Assembly (NCBI GenBank): GCA_965214705.1
Contig: OZ243972.1
Span: 1,984,001-2,048,000 of the forward strand
Source: Alphaproteobacteria bacterium
GTDB lineage: Bacteria > Pseudomonadota > Alphaproteobacteria > UBA828
DNA length: 64,000 bases
Direction: 5' to 3'
Part shown: piece after piece, positions 59,804 to 64,000 of the stretch
Layout of the letters: each line of letters opens with the position of its first letter
Position numbering within the stretch: the stretch's first letter is position 1
Notes under the pieces: model-generated
The model's input: the letters and a program-made list of their open reading frames with translations, nothing else
Told to the model about the DNA's origin: nothing
The model's database searches: none
Position numbers and translations under genes: made by a program

Positions 59804-60664
59804 ATGACCGTGAACACCATCGGCGTGGTCGGCGCCGGCATGATGGGCTCGGAGATCGCGCTCGTGATGGCGCTCGCCGGCAAGTCGGTGCTGCTGAGCG
59901 ACCGCGATCGGGCGCTTCTCGACAAGGCAGCGGCCAAGCTCGACGGCGTGCTCGACAAGGGCGTCGCGCGCGGCCTGTACAGCGCGGACGATAAGGCCCG
60001 CGCGCTGGCCAACCTGCGCACCACCCTCGATCTCGGCGACTTCGCCTCCTGCGACATGGTGATCGAGGCCGTGTTCGAGAACGAGGAGGTGAAGGCCGGC
60101 GTCTATCGGGCGCTTGGCGAGGCTCTGGCGCCGAAATGCCTGATCGCGAGCAACACGTCGAGCATCTCGATCAGCGTGCTCGCCTCCTACCTGGAGGAGG
60201 CGCGCAGGCCCTTCTTCCTCGGCACCCACTTCTTCTCTCCGGTCTCGCGCATGAAGCTTGTCGAGGTGATTCCGGGGCTGGAGACGGCGGACGAGACCGT
60301 CGCCGCCGTGACCGCCGTCTGCGAGGAGGCGGGCAAGACGCCGGTGCCGATCAAGGATGTCGTCGGCTTCGCGGTCAATCGGCTGATCCACATCTTCTGG
60401 ATCGAGGCGATTCGCTTGGTGGAGGAAGGGGTGGCGACGCCGGAAGATATCGACACCGCCTGCAAGCTCGGCATGGGACTCCCGGTCGGACCCTTTCGGC
60501 TTATGGACGCAGTGACCAACAACCTCAGCCTTGACGTGCAGGAGATCCTGCACGAGGCCTACGGGCCGCGCTTCATGCCCCGCCCCCTGCTGAAGCAAAT
60601 GGTAAAGGCGGGCTACAATGGGCGGAGCACAGGCAAAGGCTGGTATCGCTACGACGAGAGCTGA
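59804..60664 (+). CDS. 3-hydroxyacyl-CoA dehydrogenase
   Basis: GAGMMG, EAVFE, SNTSS, HFFSP, GFAVNR, GPFRLMD. Confidence 0.93.
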   Translation: MTVNTIGVVGAGMMGSEIALVMALAGKSVLLSDRDRALLDKAAAKLDGVLDKGVARGLYSADDKARALANLRTTLDLGDFASCDMVIEAVFENEEVKAGVYRALGEALAPKCLIASNTSSISISVLASYLEEARRPFFLGTHFFSPVSRMKLVEVIPGLETADETVAAVTAVCEEAGKTPVPIKDVVGFAVNRLIHIFWIEAIRLVEEGVATPEDIDTACKLGMGLPVGPFRLMDAVTNNLSLDVQEILHEAYGPRFMPRPLLKQMVKAGYNGRSTGKGWYRYDES

Positions 60665-60708
60665 GCCGGGGCAGCGTGCGCGCTCGACCGGATCGAGGAG
60701 GGAGAGGC

Positions 60709-61740
60709 ATGGAAGCAGCGGTGTTCAAGGGCGTCGGCAATCCGCTATCGATCGAGCAGGTGGATGAGCCGTCCGTCCGCCCCGGCGACCTCCTGATCAA
60801 GGTCGAGTTCTGCGGCATCTGCGGCTCCGACCTGCACGCGACCGAGGCGGGCGCGCTGGTGGTGCCGGACGGCCAGATCCTGGGCCATGAGTTTACCGGA
60901 ACCGTCGTGGAGACGGGTGCGGAAGTGGGCGGGGACTGGAAGGTCGGCGACCACGTGACAGCCGTGCCGGTCAACGCCTGTGCGGAGTGCGGGCGCCAGT
61001 GCAAGCTCGGCATGGGCATCCACTGCCCCAACAACATCATCACCGGCTTCGGTGCGCCGGGGGCTTATGCCGAGTACATCCGCGTCGATGCCGGCAACGC
61101 GCTCAGGCTGCCGCAGGGCCTCGGCTTCCGCGAGGGTGCGACGGCGGAGCCGCTCTCGGTCGGCCATCACGTGATCGACAAAGCCGGCATGCGGCCCGGC
61201 ACCAATGTACTGGTGATCGGTGCCGGCCCCATCGGCCTCTCGTGCACGACCTTCACCCGCTTCTCCGGCGCCCGCCACGTCGTGGTGAGCGAGTTCGCCG
61301 CGAACCGCCGTGAGCGCGCGCTCGCGATGGGCGCGACCGCGGTCATCGATCCCAACGCGGGCGACGTGGCCGAGCAGTATGCGGCGATCGCCGGCGGTCC
61401 GCCCGACCTCGTGATCGAGTGCGTGGGCGTCCCCGGCATGCTGGGGCTCTGCATCGACCTGGTGAAGCACCAGGGCAAAGTCATGGTCTGCGGCGTCTGC
61501 ACCAACGAGGAGAGCTTCATCCCGCTCGCCGCGCTGGCGAAGGAGGTGTGCCTGCAGTGGGCGCTCGGCTACAAGCCGCGGGACTTCGAGGTGGTGCTCG
61601 AGCTGCTCGCGAGCGGGCGGATCGACCCGGCGCCGCTCATCACCCATGTGATCGGCTTCGACGATCTCGCCGCGCGCTTCGAGAAGCTCAGGACGCCGAC
61701 CGAAGAGTGCAAGGTGCTGCTGCGCCCCCAGCGGGACTGA
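60709..61740 (+). CDS. Zn-dependent alcohol dehydrogenase (MDR)
   Basis: CGICGSDLH, GHEF, structural Cys cluster, GAGPIG. Confidence 0.93.
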   Translation: MEAAVFKGVGNPLSIEQVDEPSVRPGDLLIKVEFCGICGSDLHATEAGALVVPDGQILGHEFTGTVVETGAEVGGDWKVGDHVTAVPVNACAECGRQCKLGMGIHCPNNIITGFGAPGAYAEYIRVDAGNALRLPQGLGFREGATAEPLSVGHHVIDKAGMRPGTNVLVIGAGPIGLSCTTFTRFSGARHVVVSEFAANRRERALAMGATAVIDPNAGDVAEQYAAIAGGPPDLVIECVGVPGMLGLCIDLVKHQGKVMVCGVCTNEESFIPLAALAKEVCLQWALGYKPRDFEVVLELLASGRIDPAPLITHVIGFDDLAARFEKLRTPTEECKVLLRPQRD

Positions 61741-61753
61741 TGGGAGAGGACTC

Positions 61754-62539
61754 ATGACAGGACGGGTTGACGGCAAGATCGCGCTGATCTCGGGCGCCGG
61801 CACGGGCGTCGGGCGCGCCTGCATGGTCCTCTTCGGGCGCGAGGGCGCCAAGGTCGTCGGCTGCTCGCGCACCCAGGCGAACCTGGACGAGACGCTGCGG
61901 CTCACGAAGGAAGCGGGCGGCGACGGCTTCGTGGAGGCCCACGATCTGGCCCAACCGGAACGCGCGGAGGCCCTGATCCAGGCCACCATGGATGCCTACG
62001 GGCGCATCGACATCCTCGTGAACTGCGCGAGCGTCGGCTACAGCTGGCTGGAGAAGAGCCCGGACTCCATGGGCGACGTGGTCAACACCACGCCCGAGAA
62101 GTGGCAGGAGGTGATGGGGATCAACCTCGATTCCTATTTCTTCCTCTGCCGCGGCGTGATCCCCATCATGCAGAAGCAGGGCGGGGGCGCGATCGTCAAC
62201 GTGGCCAGCATCTCGGGCTTCCAGGGCCTTCCCGTCGCGCACACCTACACGGCGGCGAAAGGGGCGGCGATCAACCTGACGCGGTCGCTCTGCGTGACCT
62301 ATGCCAAGGACAATATCCGGGCCAATTGCGTCGCACCGGGCTTCATCGACACGCCGATGGTGGCGCCCGTCCTCAACCTCTTCGACGATCCGGACATGGC
62401 GGACCGCCTCACGCCGATGCTGCGCCCCGGCACGCCCGAGGAGATGGCCTACGGCTGCCTCTATCTCGGCTCCGACGAAGCGACCTACTGCAACGGCACC
62501 GTGCTGACCATCGACGGCGGCACCACGGCACGGCAATAG
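61754..62539 (+). CDS. SDR oxidoreductase
   Basis: SGAGTGVG, YTAAK, NCVAPG, IDGG. Confidence 0.93.
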   Translation: MTGRVDGKIALISGAGTGVGRACMVLFGREGAKVVGCSRTQANLDETLRLTKEAGGDGFVEAHDLAQPERAEALIQATMDAYGRIDILVNCASVGYSWLEKSPDSMGDVVNTTPEKWQEVMGINLDSYFFLCRGVIPIMQKQGGGAIVNVASISGFQGLPVAHTYTAAKGAAINLTRSLCVTYAKDNIRANCVAPGFIDTPMVAPVLNLFDDPDMADRLTPMLRPGTPEEMAYGCLYLGSDEATYCNGTVLTIDGGTTARQ

Positions 62540-63253
62540 GCGCTGGGGCCTATCCTTCGGCCACGGGCCGCCGGCCTTGCGGACTCGACGCCCTGGTCGA
62601 TTCGGTTCCACCCAACTGTCCGTCAACTGGGACCCCACGCCACACCTCGGGGAAATCCGGCCAGGCCGGGCAAGAGTCCGGACCACGAAGAGGCTCGGTG
62701 GCCTTGAACTGCGTTTCTCTCGCTATTTCAACGTATTGACGTGAAGGTGTCATCGCCGACCGCGCTGAGCCGGGCGGACGCGCGTCATTCAATCGTCAAG
62801 ATTCAAGATACGGTCATGCCACCGCAAGTCGTGCCTCCCACAATGCCGCGCAACAGCACGGGCGGCGGTCCCCGGCAGAAGTTGTTGTCCGCGACCTGAC
62901 GAAGACATTCGGCTAGGACCGGACGGCGCTTGCGCGGGCCGACATCGCCCGGCGTGCGAGCCAGCGGGCGGCTGCTCTTCCAGCCGAAGAGAGACATCTG
63001 GCTTCGACCACTCCGAAAAGATTGGTAGCGAACTCTCAACCGATGACATCATGCCTGTCCATCACGGCGTGACCGAACAGATTCCTCCCGCATGTGCTCT
63101 CCAATGGTCTGGAGTTTCCTTTTTTGTGCTTACTTGGTGTGTATTTTCCTCAATCCGGTGTCTCGGTCACGCTCGTGCGGTCTTCCAAGCTATTGAGTTG
63201 CAATGCATATTCGCGTCGGCGCAGTAGACCGTGCTAGTGGTGAGAAATGCGGG

Positions 63254-63988
63254 CTAAGGCGTGAGGTCCACAGGCCCGAGAGCGATCTGCGCCGGAGAGT
63301 CGGTCAGCGCTTCCATCACCTTCCTCTGGCTGCCGCGCAGCGCTTTCTCGGTCAGTTCCGCGGCCCGCTCGCCATCACCCTCGATCAGCGCGTCGACCAG
63401 ATCGTCGTGGAAGTGGTGGAACTCGTGCTCCCGCCGCTGCATGGCGAGCCCCAAGTGCACGATGCGCTCGTGCTGCTCCATGAGGCCGACGACCAGGGTG
63501 ACCAGGCGCTGGTTGCCGGTGCACTCCGCGACGTAGCGGTGGAACTCGCGGTTGGCCCGCAGATAGGCCGCCTGGCCGGCCCTGTCGCCTTCCGGATAGG
63601 TCGCGTGCGCGGCCTCGTTCAGCGCGCGCAGGCGGACCGCATCCACCTTGCCGGCGGCGAGCCTCACGGCGGTGACGTCAAGCACGAGGCGGAGCTGAAA
63701 GATCTCCTGAATGTCGCGCAGCGTGACGGGGGAGACAGCGTTGCCCTGCCGGCCGCGTGAGACGATCAGCCCTTCCTGGCGCAGGCGCATCATGGCGCTG
63801 CGGATGGGCGCCTTGCTCATGCCGTAGCGCGCGACCAGCAGGCCCTCGGAGATTTCCTCTCCCGGCTGAAGGGCGCAGGAGATGATCTCGTCCTTGATCG
63901 TCGCGTAGGCGGTGTCGTTCAGGTTCTGCACGCCCGCCTGCTGCGGATTGACGGAGGCCGGGACCTTACCAGGCTCGCTTGTTGGCAT
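63254..63988 (-). CDS. GntR/FCD transcriptional regulator
   Basis: LQPGEEISE, SKAPIRSA, NREFH, GNQRL. Confidence 0.92.
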   Translation of the reverse strand: MPTSEPGKVPASVNPQQAGVQNLNDTAYATIKDEIISCALQPGEEISEGLLVARYGMSKAPIRSAMMRLRQEGLIVSRGRQGNAVSPVTLRDIQEIFQLRLVLDVTAVRLAAGKVDAVRLRALNEAAHATYPEGDRAGQAAYLRANREFHRYVAECTGNQRLVTLVVGLMEQHERIVHLGLAMQRREHEFHHFHDDLVDALIEGDGERAAELTEKALRGSQRKVMEALTDSPAQIALGPVDLTP

Positions 63989-64000
63989 GGATGCTCGGGC

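Overview
GC-rich proteobacterial window in three blocks. (1) 1-31.5 kb is a scrambled accessory island. It holds the remains of an ICE/IME backbone (integrase N-terminus, DUF4326, 5'-truncated toprim primase). Two tandem 'tyrosine recombinase + IS91-type HUH transposase' elements with structured ends follow. Next comes a truncated type II secretion (gsp) cluster beside an apbE remnant, a Tat-exported DUF1501 protein and a 1747-aa repeat/CxxCH protein. The block ends with IS1634 copies and a group II twintron whose inner intron carries EBS sequences matching its insertion site. (2) 31.8-37.4 kb is an SsuA/TauA-type ABC transporter plus dihydropyrimidinase, followed by a second IS1634 copy. (3) 40-64 kb is an apparently intact catabolic cluster of unknown substrate. 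It encodes two acetoacetate-decarboxylase-family enzymes, a Liv-type ABC importer, SurE, a split PEP-synthase/PPDK-like phosphotransfer module with two unknown proteins, a CoA ligase, a three-subunit biotin carboxylase, a thiolase, dehydrogenases and GntR. The best candidates for an undescribed system are the phosphorylation/carboxylation operon and the recombinase-HUH elements, whose joined ends fold into an attC-like hairpin. All calls come from reading motifs by eye; no database searches were run.
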